In this document: positions 1-22,752 of the stretch, in pieces | How positions within the stretch are numbered: position 1 is the stretch's first letter | Layout of the letters: every line of letters starts with the position of its first letter | From: the human T2T-CHM13v2.0 reference genome, Homo sapiens | DNA length: 64,000 nucleotides | Assembly (NCBI RefSeq): GCF_009914755.1 | Contig: NC_060944.1 | Strand: one strand, 5' to 3' | Position numbers and translations under genes: made by a program | Notes under the pieces: generated by a model | Told to the model about the DNA's origin: nothing | Databases searched by the model: none | The model's input: the letters and a program-made list of their open reading frames with translations, nothing else

Positions 1-56
1 CCTGACTCAGCCTCCCAAAGTGTTGGGATTACAGGTGTGAGCCACTGCGCCCAGCC
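1..56 (-). mobile_element. Alu 5' end (cut by window edge)
   Basis: gcctcccaaagtgttgggattacaggtgtgagccactgcgcccagcc. Confidence 0.9.
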
Positions 57-349
57 CCAAAATGGAGTTACTATTAATGGTATAATGTGCTATTATGTTC
101 TGAATAAACAGATCCTAAAACTATAGCCACCTGAGAAAAAACAAGACAAACTCTGACACGTTAAATGCTAAAGGTGACCAAAGTCAATGGCAATCACAAA
201 AAGAGAAAAGCCTCAGATGACTTCCTAGAAGCTCCCTAAGAGCCAAACTCATTTTACAACTTTCCTTTACAGTTCATATTTTGCAAATAAACTTTTGTTT
301 CCAGTATTCAATGAGATTGTTTCTCCAGTGTGACTTCCCATCACCATTA

Positions 350-1245
350 AAAAACTGAGATACAATTAATCTACTATAATATTCACTCCTTTAAGTAACA
401 GTACAATTCAGCAGTTTTTAGGTATATATGTGCAGCCATCTTTACAATCTAATTCCAGAACATTTGCATCAAATGCCACCCACCCACCCCCCAAAACAAG
501 CCCATATTCATAGGCAGTCATTCCCCATTCTCCCCTTTCCCCAATCTCTGGCAACCAACCACTAATCTACTTTCTTTATTGATGGATTTGTCTACTCGGG
601 ACATTTCATATAAATGGAACCATACAATATGTAATATTTCATGTTTGGCTTCTTTCCCTTAGCATAATGTCTTCAAGGTTCATCTATATTGTAACATATA
701 TCAGTACTTCACTCATTTTCATGGCTGAATAATATTCCACTGTATGTATGTACCGCATTTTGTTTACCCATTTATCTATTGATGGCCACCTGGGTTGTTT
801 CTACCTTTTGGCTATTGTGGACAATGCTGCTATAAACACTGGTGTACAAGTATCTGGCTGAGTCCTTGTTTACGTTCTTTTGGGTATGTATCAAGGAGTG
901 GAATTGCTGGGTCATATGGTAACTCTATGTTTACCTTTTTGAGGAGCTACCAAACCGATTTCCAAAGCGGCTGCACCATTTTACGTTCCTACCAGCAGTA
1001 CGTATGGGTTGTAATTTCTCCATATCATCACCAATACTTATTCTTGTCTTTTTTACTATAGTTATCATAATGGGTGTAAATGGGTCATTTCCTTAATGAC
1101 TAATGATGCCGTGCTTATTGACCACCACATATCTTCTTTGGAGAAATGCCTATTAAGTCCTTTGTCAATTTATTAGTTGGTTTCTTTTTATTATTAAGTG
1201 GTAAGAGTTCTTTATATATTTTAGACTGAACTCCCTTATCAGATA
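350..1245 (-). mobile_element. Old L1 3' end (L1MB-like)
   Basis: Typical antisense L1 3' text (ggaattgctgggtcatatggtaactctatgttt; ttttcatggctgaataatattcc). Confidence 0.85.
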
Positions 1246-1510
1246 GCCAACTAATTTTGACAAAGGTGCAAAAAGCATTTCAATGGCAGAAGGAAAGCCT
1301 TTTCAACAAATGATGTTAGAGCACTACACATTCATAGACACAAAAGACACACGCAACCTAAGCAGAAACACAACCTAAGCACAACCAAAGCACAACCTAA
1401 GCAAAGAAACCAAAGGAAAAAATGGATAAACTGGACTTGATCAAATTAAAAAACTTTTGTTCTACAAAAGACCCTGTTAGGATGAAAAGACTGGGAGAAA
1501 ATATTTGCAG
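1246..1510 (+). mobile_element. L1 ORF2 3' fragment in the opposite orientation, with an internal deletion
   Basis: aactaattttgacaaaggtgcaaaa...MDKLDLIKLKNFCSTKD. Confidence 0.75.
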
Positions 1511-1668
1511 ACCTTTTTATTTTGCAGGCTTCTTATTACTGAGTTCTAAGAGTTCTTTATACATCTTAAATACAAGACCCTTATCAGATATAAAACTTGT
1601 GAATACTTTGTCCCTGTGGGTTGCCTTCACTTTCAAGATAATGTCCTTTGAAGCACAAAAGTTTTTAA

Positions 1669-1972
1669 TTTTTTTTTTGAGACAGTCTTGCTCTGTCACC
1701 CAGGCTGGAGTGCACTGGTGCCATCATAGCTCACTGCAGCCTCAATCTCCTGATCTCAAGCAATCCTCCAGCTCCTCAAGCCTCAACCTCCCAAATAGCT
1801 GGGACTTACAGGCACACATCACGACACCCAACTAATTTTTTTTTTTGTAAGTAGAGATAAGGTCTCCTAGCTATGTTGCCCAGGCTGGTCTCAAACTCCT
1901 GAGCTCAAGCAATCTTCTCGTCTTGGCCTCCCAACGTGTTGGGATTACAGGAGTGAGCCTCCATGGCTGGCC
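1669..1972 (-). mobile_element. Alu (AluJ-like)
   Basis: Dimeric Alu led by poly-T. Confidence 0.92.
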
Positions 1973-2084
1973 TGATGAAGTTTAACTATTTTTTCTTAGC
2001 TTGCTTGTGCTTTAGATGTCATATCTAAGAATCCATTACCCAATCCACAGCTATGAAGATTTATACATCTATGTTTATTTCTCC

Positions 2085-2212
2085 TTTTTGTTTTTTAGAG
2101 ACAGAGTCTTGCTATGTTGCCCAGGCTGGTCTCAAATTCCTGGACTCAAGGGAGCTTCCCCCTCAGCCCCCTGAGGAGCTGGGATTACAGGCATGTGTCA
2201 TGGCACTGGGCT
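2085..2212 (-). mobile_element. Alu monomer (FLAM-like)
   Basis: Single ~130 bp arm. Confidence 0.8.
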
Positions 2213-2885
2213 CACCTATGTTTATGTCTGAGAGTTTTATAATATTAGCTGATACATTTAGGTCTTTGATTAACTTTTGAGTAATCTTTGTATATAGTAT
2301 GAGGTAGATGTCTAAATTTATTCTTTTGCATGTAGATATCCAGTTGTCCCAGCACCACTGATTGAAAAGACTATTCTTTTCCCACTGAATTGTCTTGGCA
2401 CCCTTGTTGAAAATCAACTGACCATAAATGTTTGAATTTATTTTTGGACTTGCAGTTCTATTCCACTGATCTATATAGCTATCAATATACCTGTGTCACA
2501 TGTATTAAAAACTGTAGCTTTGTATAGTAAGTTTTGAAATTGGAAAGTGTGAGTTCTCTAACTCTGTTCTTCTTTTTCAAGATTCTTTTGGCTATTCTGG
2601 ATCCTTTACATTTCCATGGGAATTTCAGAATTCATCTGCTTGTCAATTTGTGCATAAAAGGGCAGATAGGATTTTGAAAAAGATGATTTGGTAAATACTT
2701 TGGATATTACTGCCAACTTACCAATATTACATTTTCTAACCAATGAACATGGGATGTCATCCCAATTATTTAGGTTTTATTATCTTTTCAACGTTTTATA
2801 GTTTTCAGCATATAAATCTGGGCTTCTTTTGTTAAATTTATTCCTAGGTATCTTATTTTTGATGCTATTACAAACGAAAAAAAAA

Positions 2886-3208
<323 letters not shown>

Positions 3209-3955
3209 TAATCACAATAAAAAAACTTAATGGATGGGCTCAACAGCAGAATGGAGGGGATAGAGGAAAGAATCAGTGAACTAGAAGACAGAACACTGGA
3301 AATTACTCAGTCTGAACAACAGAGAAAAAATTACTGAAAAAAAAAAAAAACTCTCCAGGACTTGTGGAACAACAACAAAGGGTCTAACATTTGTGTCACT
3401 GGAGTTCCAGGAGAGAGAAAGAGTGAAATGCAGAAAAAACATTTATAGAAATAATGGCTAAAAACTTCCCATGCTTGGCAAAAAAACCTATATATTTATG
3501 AAGCTGAGTAAACTGCAAACAGGATAAATCCAAATAAATCCATGCCTAGACATATCATAAATTGCTGAAAACTAAAGAAAAAGAAAAAAATCTTAAAAGC
3601 AGCCAGAGAAAGTGATACATTACTGGTAAGGGATGAATGATTCAAGTGACCTGATTTCTCATCAGAAATCATGGAGGGCCAGAAGGAAGAGGCATAAAAA
3701 CTGTCAACCTGGAGTTCCATATACAAGAATATTCTTCAGGAATGAAGGTGAAATAAAAACATTCTCAGATGAAGGCAAACTAACAGAATTCATAGCCAGA
3801 AGACCTGCTTTAAGAAAATTACTAAAGGAAAGTTCATTATGAAGGTAAAAGAGAAATGACATAAGAAGGAAACTTGAAACACTGGGAATGCATAGCAACA
3901 GAAATGGTAAAAACCTGGATTAATATAAGGCTGTTCCTCCGTGAAGGTTTTCTTA

Positions 3956-4195
3956 TTTTTTTGAGACCAGGCCTCACTCTGTCACCTATGCTTGAGTGCA
4001 GTGGCGCAATCAAGGCTTGGCTCACTGTAGCGTCGACCTCCCAGGCTTGGGTGATCTTTCCACTTAAGGCTCCTGAGTAGCTGGGACTACAGGTATGTGC
4101 TACCTGTAAGTTTTTGTATTTTTTGTAGAAATGGGGTTTTGCCATGTTGCCCAGGCTGGTCTCGATCTTCTGGACTCCAGGCAGATGCCTGCCTT
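3956..4195 (-). mobile_element. Alu (AluJ-like, 5'-truncated)
   Basis: Alu right arm plus partial left arm. Confidence 0.85.
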
Positions 4196-4713
4196 TTGAG
4201 TTTTTAAAAACATGTCTGATGGGGAAAAGACATATAACGATGGGATTTTTCAATGTATATAGACGTAATATGATAGATATTGCACAAAGAGGGGAAGGAA
4301 AAGGGATCCATATTGTGGCAAGGTCTCTACAATCCAACTAGAGTGTTAAAAAACTAATTCTAAATATTTATTTGGTAATCCCTAGAGCAACCACTAAAAA
4401 ACTACACAAAGACATAAAGTAAAAATCACAACAGATAAATTAAAATGAAATACTAAAAAATGTTCTAATAACCCAAAAGAAGGCAAGAAAAGGAAAATAG
4501 AGAATGAAAAAGAGAGAGAAAAGCAGAAGACAAAAAAAAATGGTAAACCTAATTCTAAATGTATCAGCAATTGCACTGAATGTAAATGATCTATACATAC
4601 CAATTAAAAGACATATTGGCAGAGTGGATAAAGAAACATGACCCAACTATGCTGTCTACAAGAAAACTCACTTCAAATATAATTCAATGGGTAGATTGAA
4701 AATAAAAAGATGA

Positions 4714-6091
<1,378 letters not shown>

Positions 6092-6790
6092 TAACAACAG
6101 AGCTTCAAATAAATAAATAGACATAATGTATTCACAGGTCAGAAGACTCACCATGGTAAAGGTCAATTCTCTCCAAACACATTTATAGAGTTAATGCAAT
6201 ATAAATCAAAATCCCAGCAGGATTTTTTTTTTTTTTTTGTGGATACAGATGAGCTGATGCTACAATTTACATGGAAGGGTCAAGGAACCAGACTAGCTAA
6301 AACAATTTTGGAAAAGAATGAGGTTGGAAGAATCACACTGCCTGATTTTAAGATTTACTATAAAGCTATTAATAATCAAGACAGTGTGGTACTGATGAAG
6401 AAACAGGCACACAAATCAAGAGAATATAATGGAGAATCCAGAAATACAGTCACAAAAAATATGGCTATTTGATTTTTGAAAAAGGTGCAAAAGAATTTCA
6501 ATGAAGAAAGCAACTCACCATAACCAAAGCTGGGGATACTATGGTGAAAAAAATCCAAGACTAGATACAAATGACCAGCGAAACAGGAATTGGTGGGTGT
6601 AGTTGGATACTAACTATGATACATACTGATGCAACACACAATGTATTTATTCAGGACAAAGTTTCTAAACTAACAGGTCACACCAGTAAGGAAGACTTCT
6701 GTTCTGGATTAATCTGGTAAAAATTTAATCTTTTCATTTACGGTCATCAAAAAGACTCCAAATGGGAAACAGACCACTTTTATTATTTCA

Positions 6791-7171
<381 letters not shown>

Positions 7172-8098
7172 TCAGTTTAATCCAAGGCTAGGTCTAAAAT
7201 GCCATTAAACAGAAACATATCAATTCTTTGATGAAAAATATGCAGAAAGAGCAAAGGACCAATAGATGATTTCAAAATATTTAACAATAATATGATTATT
7301 TTTATTATGATTCAAAAAACCTAACAAATTAACTTTCTTTGAAGAGACTGGCAATTTAGCTTCACCACAGCTAGGCTATATGCGACACTGCTATTACAAC
7401 ACACAGCTTTTCAAGTCCTTGCTTTAAACACCAATTAGAAAACCCAGAAAGGGAGAAGGAAAGGGTGATAAAAAATAAAAATTCTGAAAGTTTGTAGTCA
7501 GAGGCAACACAAGAAATAGAATGAAAAAGAATTCTTATAGGCTATGTATCTTAATGTATACAGCAGGATATACACACCCAAGTTTGTACTTAAGTTACAA
7601 AGCACCTATGTCCCAACCATGCAACCGAAGAGCTAAACAATCCCAAGGATTCATATCGCTACCTGTGTGTTCTTCCCCTGTTCCGTATGTCTTACCTTCT
7701 TCAATCCCTACCCCCATGAGATAACTGCTCTCTTTTTTGTACCATTGGTAAGAAAGAAATATTGGGAACATTTTCAATGGGGAAATTAGTACATACTCAC
7801 CTTGAGTAGAAAAACTAACGTATCTGTTTCCTATTCATACAGCATGGACGGCAAGCAGCATCCCTACTGCTATGAAATTTTATAATGGTGTCATCACTAT
7901 TAAAAGTATGAGTTATATTACTCTCGTAAAGCCTTCACACAATTGATTTTTATGTGACCTCACCCTGAAATATTCTATTACCCCAATCAAAATAAGCCTA
8001 TTTTTTTCAACTACTGAGAATAAAAGTGTTTAAACATACCACAGCATACCACTGCTACTAGAAAATGGCTCAAGAGGATTTACTTATCATCAACTTAC

Positions 8099-8140
8099 CT
8101 CATGTAAATTCAATTCTTTTACTTTCTCTTTTAATATAAC
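8099..8140 (-). CDS. RNF24: RNF24 coding exon (42 nt, VILKEKVKELNLHE), just before the RING domain
   Basis: Acceptor ttgtcttacag|GTTATA, donor CATGAG|gtaagt. Phase 0/0; matches the RNF24 protein as I recall it. Confidence 0.96.
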
Positions 8141-8341
8141 CTGTAAGACAAAAAAGTATGTTCTTATGCCCATTTAAATCTGTAACTTTAAATATTTCCC
8201 ATTATATTCTCAAATATTTTTCTTTTGTATATATGGCTCATTTCCCTCATATTCAATATTGAAGGGAATTTCTTTTACAGTTTGAGACAGATCATTTTAG
8301 CAACATTTTTTTAACTTGAGCAATGATGCAATATTCTCCTA

Positions 8342-8655
<314 letters not shown>

Positions 8656-9107
8656 GTAAGTCAATCTTAATTTTGAAAGTTTTGACTCCGTGGTGACCAG
8701 ACAGTAGTTAAAATGAATGCCAAGTGATAAGAAGGAAGTTTACTATTTAAGAAAAAACTCTGAGACTAAATATAGCTTATTAGAGTTATATTTCATCTTA
8801 AAGTGAAGAAAATAGGCAAGTAAAATTTGAGGGAAAATCTCTAAATTTTGGTGTCTTACATTCCTGAACTAAAAATGGATTTGAGGGTAAATCCTGTTTT
8901 CAGAAATCACACCAGAAGCTACTATAAGGCCTCACAGGGATATACTAAATTTCCTATCCAGTATATTTTAAAGATCAAATTTACTGTATGTCTTGTGACT
9001 TGTCTAGTTTTATCAGTCAATTTCACTTAAATGACTGCAAAGGCCAATTTTACTTTCTAGTTAGCCTACATACAAATATCTTGTAAGCTGTCAAGATTAT
9101 AATACGT

Positions 9108-9635
9108 GGCCAGGCACGGTAGCTCATGCCTGCAATCCCAGCACTTTGGGAGGCCGAGGTGGGCGGACTGCTTGATCCCAGGAGTTTAAGACCAGCCTAG
9201 GCAACATGGCAAAACCCTGTCTCTACAAAAAATACAAAAATTAGCCAGGTGTGGTGGTGCACGCCTGTAATCCCTGCTACTTGGGAGGCTCACCTGAGCC
9301 CAGGAGGCAGAGGTTGCAGTGAGCTGAGATTGCACCACTGCACTCCAGCCTGCGTGACAGAAGCGAGACCCTGTCTCAAAACAAAACAAAACAAAACAAA
9401 ACAGATTATGATAGGAGTCTGGGCAACATGGGGAGACCCCATCTCTACAAAAAGTACAAAAATTAGCCGGGGGTGGTGGTGTGCGCCTGTAGCCCCAGCT
9501 ATGCATGCCACCACACTCAGCTAAGGTGGGAGGATCACCTGAGCCCAGGGAGGTCAAGGCTGCAGTGAGCTGTGATCATGCCACTGCACTCCAGTCTGGG
9601 TGACAGAGACCCCGTCAAAAAAAAAAAAAAAAAAA
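9108..9635 (+). mobile_element. Two tandem Alus (9108-9402 with an (AAAAC)n tail; 9415-9635 5'-truncated, J-like)
   Basis: Repeated flank agattat(a/g)ata at the junctions. Confidence 0.9.
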
Positions 9636-9832
9636 GATTATGATAGGACTGAGACAAAAAGATTCATTCATTTAGAAAACTAAAATACTCAACTCTGATT
9701 TTGGATCCCACATGAGACCTGTAAGAGTGTGGGGTTACCTAAGGACATCAGTATGTCCATCTAGGGAATGTGCCAGTGAGCTCAGATTTCAAACATACAT
9801 GGACGAAAGATGAACAGAAAGATAAGCAGTCC

Positions 9833-10131
9833 TGGCTGGGCGCGGTGGCTCACACCTGTAATCCTGGCACTTTGGGAGGCCGAGGTGGGTGGATCACGAG
9901 GTCAAGAGATCAAGACCATCCTGGCCAACATGGTGAAATCCTGTCTCTACTAAAAATACAAAAATTAGCTGGGCGTTGTGGCAGATAGATGGCTGTCGTC
10001 CCAGCTACTTGGGAGGCTGAGGCAGGAGATCACTTGAACCCGGGAGGCGGAGGTTGCATTGAGCTGAGATCTTGCCATTGCACTCCAGCCTGGCGACAGA
10101 GCGAGACTCCGTCTCAAAAACAAACAAAAAC
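9833..10131 (+). mobile_element. Alu (AluSc-like)
   Basis: gatcacgaggtcaagagatcaagacc. Confidence 0.92.
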
Positions 10132-10662
10132 AAGATACGCAGTTCTGAAGTGTTACAGTTCCATAACATCAGCGTCAGCAAGGTTAAAGACTCAAATAAG
10201 CTGAAGCTCCCCTGTACCCAAGAAGAAAGCTAAGGGTAACAAAAATTAAGAATTTCATGCTTAGAGCCAAAGGAAAATCTAGGCCCCCTGTTTGGAAGAA
10301 AAAAATAATTTTACTTGGCCTTTGAGAAAAGATAAGTGTATTAACTTAAAGACAAAATCAGTGAAGGACTAGGTATTGACAGCTATGATCCAAGTTTGCA
10401 GACTTCTAGTGGATAATATGAGCTAACATTTAAAGTACAAAAGGGAGTAGATGAGATCACTGTAACACAGCTGGTCGCTCACCTCCGAGGAACTGCTATG
10501 TCTTCTAATAAAGAAGGAAGGAAAAATTTCACTTAATGGTATCTCAGAACTCCATTAAGTCGACAGTAACTTTAAGAATTACAAGCTATAGCATTTCTCT
10601 TTAGCAATCTGTTGGCTCAAGTTTCCTGTTAAATTATATCATCTGAACTTTCTACAGCTTCA

Positions 10663-11019
<357 letters not shown>

Positions 11020-11159
11020 TTATACTGCAAATTGGCAGTGAGATGCTAAAATGAACACAAGTAAATTCAGTCCCAGTTTAACGTATGAGTGGAAATCAGA
11101 GTTCTCAGTTTTTTGGGGGGAAAAAAAAAATCAAAGCCAATCTGAATTAAATTTCTCAC

Positions 11160-11202
11160 CTGTTTGTAGGCATAAAATTCTTTGTGTGCTTGATGTCTTA
11201 GC
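11160..11202 (-). CDS. RNF24: RNF24 coding exon (43 nt, (R)LRHQAHKEFYAYKQ)
   Basis: Acceptor tcttttag|GCTAAGA, donor AAACAG|gtgaga. Phase 2 in, phase 0 out; continues the frame of the previous exon. Confidence 0.96.
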
Positions 11203-11469
11203 CTAAAAGACAGAAATTAGTAATGCAATATTGAGATTTCCAACATAGTAACTTGAAGAAAAATAAAAAGTTGCTGATTTTGGTATTAATTTATAACATT
11301 TATGGCTCAAATGATATAAATTAGAATCTTTACCCTGAAATACACCCAAATGATGTATCTCTTAACATGCTATGTGAAAGTGCCCAGGGAACCATGAAAT
11401 GTTACCCAAACGTAAGATGACTCAATTCTTTTTATACCGACAGTCTACTTATTTCAATAATATTTATAT

Positions 11470-13077
<1,608 letters not shown>

Positions 13078-13080
<3 letters not shown>

Positions 13081-13541
13081 AGTGACTGGGATGAATGTGT
13101 CCGCCTCAGCTCCCAATTCATGTCAAACTGGAACCTCAGAATATAACCTTATTTGAAAATAGGGTCTTTTCAGATTATTAGTTAGTTAAGATGAGGTTAT
13201 ATTGGATTAAGATGAGCCCTAAATTCAATTTGACTGCTATCCTTATAAGAAGAGGAGAGGATATGCAGAGACAGACGGAAAAGAAGGCCATGTGAACACA
13301 GAGACAGAGACTGAAGTGAGGCAGCTACAAGCCAAGGAATGCCAAGGCTTTCTGGTACTCACTGGAAGCTAGGAAGAGGCAAGAAAGACTCTCTCCTAGA
13401 GCCTTCAGAGGAAGCATGGCTCTGCCAGCACTTTACATTTGAACTCTTCTAGCCTTCACAATTGTAAGAAATTACATTGCTCTTGTTTTAAGTTACCCAA
13501 TTTGTGGCACTTTGTTACAGCAACACTAAGCAACCAATGTA
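13078..13541 (+). mobile_element. MaLR solo LTR (MLT1B/C-like)
   Basis: ccttatttgaaaatagggtc...gcagctacaagccaaggaatgcc...tttgtggcactttgttacagca. Confidence 0.85.
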
Positions 13542-13880
13542 CCTTGTGTCAATATCATGCTATTTTAAAAACTTTTATTTTGAAATAATTTTAGACAGAA
13601 AAGTTGCAAAAAATAGAATTCACATATACCTTTCTACCAGCTTTCACATTTATATAACCATAGTTGTATATACTATGTCCACATTTTATACAACCATAGT
13701 ACAATTATCAAAACCATTAAATTAACATTGATATATTAGTATTGATATAACATTGATATATTATTAACTAAACTACAGACCTTATTTGAATTTTACCAGT
13801 TCTTTCTCTCATGTCCTTTTCCTGTTCTATTATCCAATCCAGGATCCCATCTTGCATCTAGTTATGTCTCCTTAGCCACT

Positions 13881-14187
<307 letters not shown>

Positions 14188-14516
14188 GCCACCTCTAATT
14201 TGTTGAGAGTTCCTTAGTCTTTCCTTGTCTTTCAAGATTTTGACATATTAAGTATGATCATTCTTTCTTGGTGGAATTTGAAGATTTCAATTTAAGATTG
14301 GTTAAGATAGTGTCCACTGGGTTTCTCCACTGTAGTGTATCTTGAGGGAGACACGCTGAAATTATACATATACTCTATTATTTTCTCAAGCTTTTGCCCA
14401 CTGATTTTAGCATCCACCTTGCTTGCAATAATTACTGTAGTGTTTGCCTAAACTCTAATGGTGGTTTTGTAGTTCTCTAATTCCTTGCACATTTATTAAC
14501 TGGAAATCTTCTATAA

Positions 14517-14680
14517 GGAAGAGATGTGCTTCCTCATTTATTTGTGCAATTATTTATTTCTATCAGTCTAGACTAATGGACATTGGTCTTAATCTATGGG
14601 AAGAGATGTGCTTCTTCATTTATTTGTGCAATTATTTATTTCTATCAGTCTAGACTCATGGATATTGGTTGTAATCTATG
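14517..14680. repeat. 82-bp tandem duplication (2 copies, 5 mismatches)
   Basis: ggaagagatgtgctt...taatctatg at 14517-14598 and 14599-14680. Confidence 0.95.
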
Positions 14681-14959
14681 AGTTACAGTTCAATATGATC
14701 ACTACTTTTTGTTGCTCAAATTGATTGGCCTTGAGTCCTTCAGGCTGACTCTTGTGTTCTTTCAACAAGCCCCCATCCTTTCCCATGCATTTCCGTATTT
14801 ACTGGCACCAAAAGATGTTTGTTTCAGGCTCATTTTATATGTTCTGTGTTCCAGCCCTGGGGTTAGCCACTTCTTCCAAGGAACCCTAATTCCTTTTATT
14901 GGAGAAAAGTATTTAGAACTTGAGATCTGGGTGCTTGGTGAACAGCACTTTCTCTTAAT

Positions 14960-16075
14960 ACTGTTGCTTTAAAACAGGTTTTGGGGTCTGGTAGCAAAAG
15001 TCCTCAAGTTTTATTCTTTTGAATGACTGGCTTGGTTATTCTTGGTTCTCTGCAGTTCCATATAGATTTCAATTTCCACCAGAAAAAAAAAAAAACCCTC
15101 TTGGGGTTTTGAGTAAGAATGTACAAAATTCACAGACCAACTGAGGAAGAACTGACATCTTTGCAAGACTGAGTGTCTAACCTATGAACATTATTTCTTT
15201 ATTTACAGCTTTAATTTTTCTCTTACACATTTCTCCTAGACATTTGGTAATTTTTGATGCTACTGTAAATAGTGTTGAAAAAAATCTTTATTTTCTAATT
15301 ATTTCTTGCTACCTATATGGAAAAAAGTAATTTTTGTATATTGATCCTGTATCTGGTGGCTTGCTAATTCTAAATAGTTTCTCTGTAAAAACTTTTGGAT
15401 TTTTTAATGTACACAATTATGTTGTCTGCATATAATCACAATTTAAACACTGCCTTTATAATCTTTATTTGCTTCTTTTCTAAATACACTTTTCTTTTAT
15501 TCTTTTTTCCCGTTTTTTTTTTTTTGCACTGACTAGCTAGGCCCTCCAGTATGATGCTAAATAAAAGTGATAGTGAATGTCCCTATCAATACATCACTAT
15601 TAAGTATGATGTTTTCTTTAGATATTTTTTGTAGATACTCTTTCAAATTTTAGAAAGTTCTCTTGTAGTACTAGTTTACCAAAAAAAATCATGAATAGGT
15701 ATTAAATTTTATCAATGCTTTATGATATTATACTATTAATGTGCTATATTGTATTGATTGCTTTTCAAATGTTAAAATAACTCTCGTTCTTGGAACAAAC
15801 CTCATTTGGTTGTAATATTCTACCTTTTTTGTAGATCCCTGAATTTGATTTACAATATTTTGCTGATGAAAAGGATCGGTCTATAATTTCCTTTCTCATA
15901 ATATCCTTGTCAGGCTTTGAAATCACAATTATGCTGGCCTCATGAAATGAGCTGAGAAGTATTTGTTCCACTTTTATTCTCTGGAAGTGTCATATTGGAG
16001 TGGTATTTTTTTCCTTAAATGTTTGGATGAGTTACTTGGCTTAAAATATCATTGTGGGAATGTTTTAAAAATACA
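14960..16075 (-). mobile_element. Degraded L1 ORF2 fragment
   Basis: LLSSFHEASIIVISKPDKDI resembles L1 ORF2 LPNSFYEASIILIPKPGRD. Confidence 0.75.
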
Positions 16076-16080
16076 TTCAA

Positions 16081-16985
<905 letters not shown>

Positions 16986-16999
16986 CCGGTTTTTTCTTT

Positions 17000-19750
<2,751 letters not shown>

Positions 19751-19807
19751 ACATGAAAAAATACCATTTTCACATAAAGAAACTATTTTCACCTAAAGAA
19801 ATAAAAT

Positions 19808-20440
<633 letters not shown>

Positions 20441-21249
20441 TTAGAAGTCATTAAAATGAGGCTTTATTTGTTAATTCATTTTGCTTGTTTGAATCTTTTA
20501 ATTAGATCTGCATGTTTTCCCAAAACTGAACTTGTTACTTCCAGCTACAGCATGGATCAATTTGTGCTCACCTTTTTCTTCCATCTGTGGCTCAAAATTC
20601 ATCCCTTCTAGAAAGTTCTCCCTTAAATTAACTTCATTCTATGAAGTTAATTTGATTCCTCCATTACTCTAACTCCCATTAATTATCTAATATTTTACAT
20701 TGCACTATTTTATTTTGCACTGCTAAATAGATATCTAAAAAGTATTTAAGAAGGCATGATTAACAATGCTGAACAGTGCTAGAGAAATGATAAAACCGTG
20801 TAGCTTATGGCCACTGCAAATTTGTGGTCTCCAGTCTCAGCCTGATTCTCCACATTGCTCTCTAATCCTTCTATCTATTCATGCTCAGTATCCTAAGCTT
20901 TCATGCAGTGGTTCTTTCAAACCCTTGCCACTCTCTTTAAGTGTTACCCTATCACTTCCTCCCCTATAATTTTCAACTGTCAATTTTTTACTACACAAAT
21001 AAAGGGGGCTGTGATGTATGCAAGCTTTCTCACTCCCAGCTCCACATGGCTACAATATATTTTGTTTTCTACAGCTACCCTCATCTCTGTCTTAGGAAAA
21101 GGTGTTCTCCTGCTTAGGAATAATATTGCTATCTCTCTTATGTGTGTCTCTTTTCACCTCTATGATTTATTCTTTCTTATAAATCTTCCACAATTGGCTC
21201 ATTCTCCTTAATATATGCATACACATACCAAAATCTCTATCTTACAAAA

Positions 21250-22360
<1,111 letters not shown>

Positions 22361-22394
22361 AGCCCCAAAATTTCCCTGTATTCTTCAAAATTTA

Positions 22395-22520
22395 TTTTTG
22401 AGTATTATTAAAACATAATACACAATAATTGTACTATTTATGGGGTACATGTAATATTTTGATACAAGCATACAACGTATAATGATCAAATCAGGGTAAC
22501 TGGGGTATGCATCACCCCTC
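22395..22520 (-). mobile_element. L1MA-like extreme 3' end
   Basis: ttatggggtacatgtaatattttgatacaagcatac...aaatcagggtaactgggg. Confidence 0.75.
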
Positions 22521-22752
22521 TATTTTTTGTTTATAATTTTATCCAAGTTACATATGTTGTCATATGTGGCTCTACAGGGTTAATAACAAAAAATCAGCAG
22601 TCCTCTGCCCTCTTCTCAAGAGATAACCCATTTTTTCCCCCTTTAGCTCACTATTTTGATCCTGACTTTCATGTTTCTAAATAACTTGCCTGTGTTGGTA
22701 CTTCTTGATTTTTTAGTTTTAGGCATATCTAATGACTTCCTACTAGGGAACC

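Larger units (their letters stand above)
1511..2880 (-). mobile_element. L1 ORF2 3' region interrupted by Alus
   Basis: ORF track gives IFNKGAKTIQWEKNSLFNQWCWDNW and IRYLGINLTKE, typical of L1 ORF2. Confidence 0.85.

Noticed and set aside
1353-1402. Short repeat array as CRISPR-like
   Set aside because: Eukaryotic L1 context, 11-bp units, no unique spacers and no cas genes.
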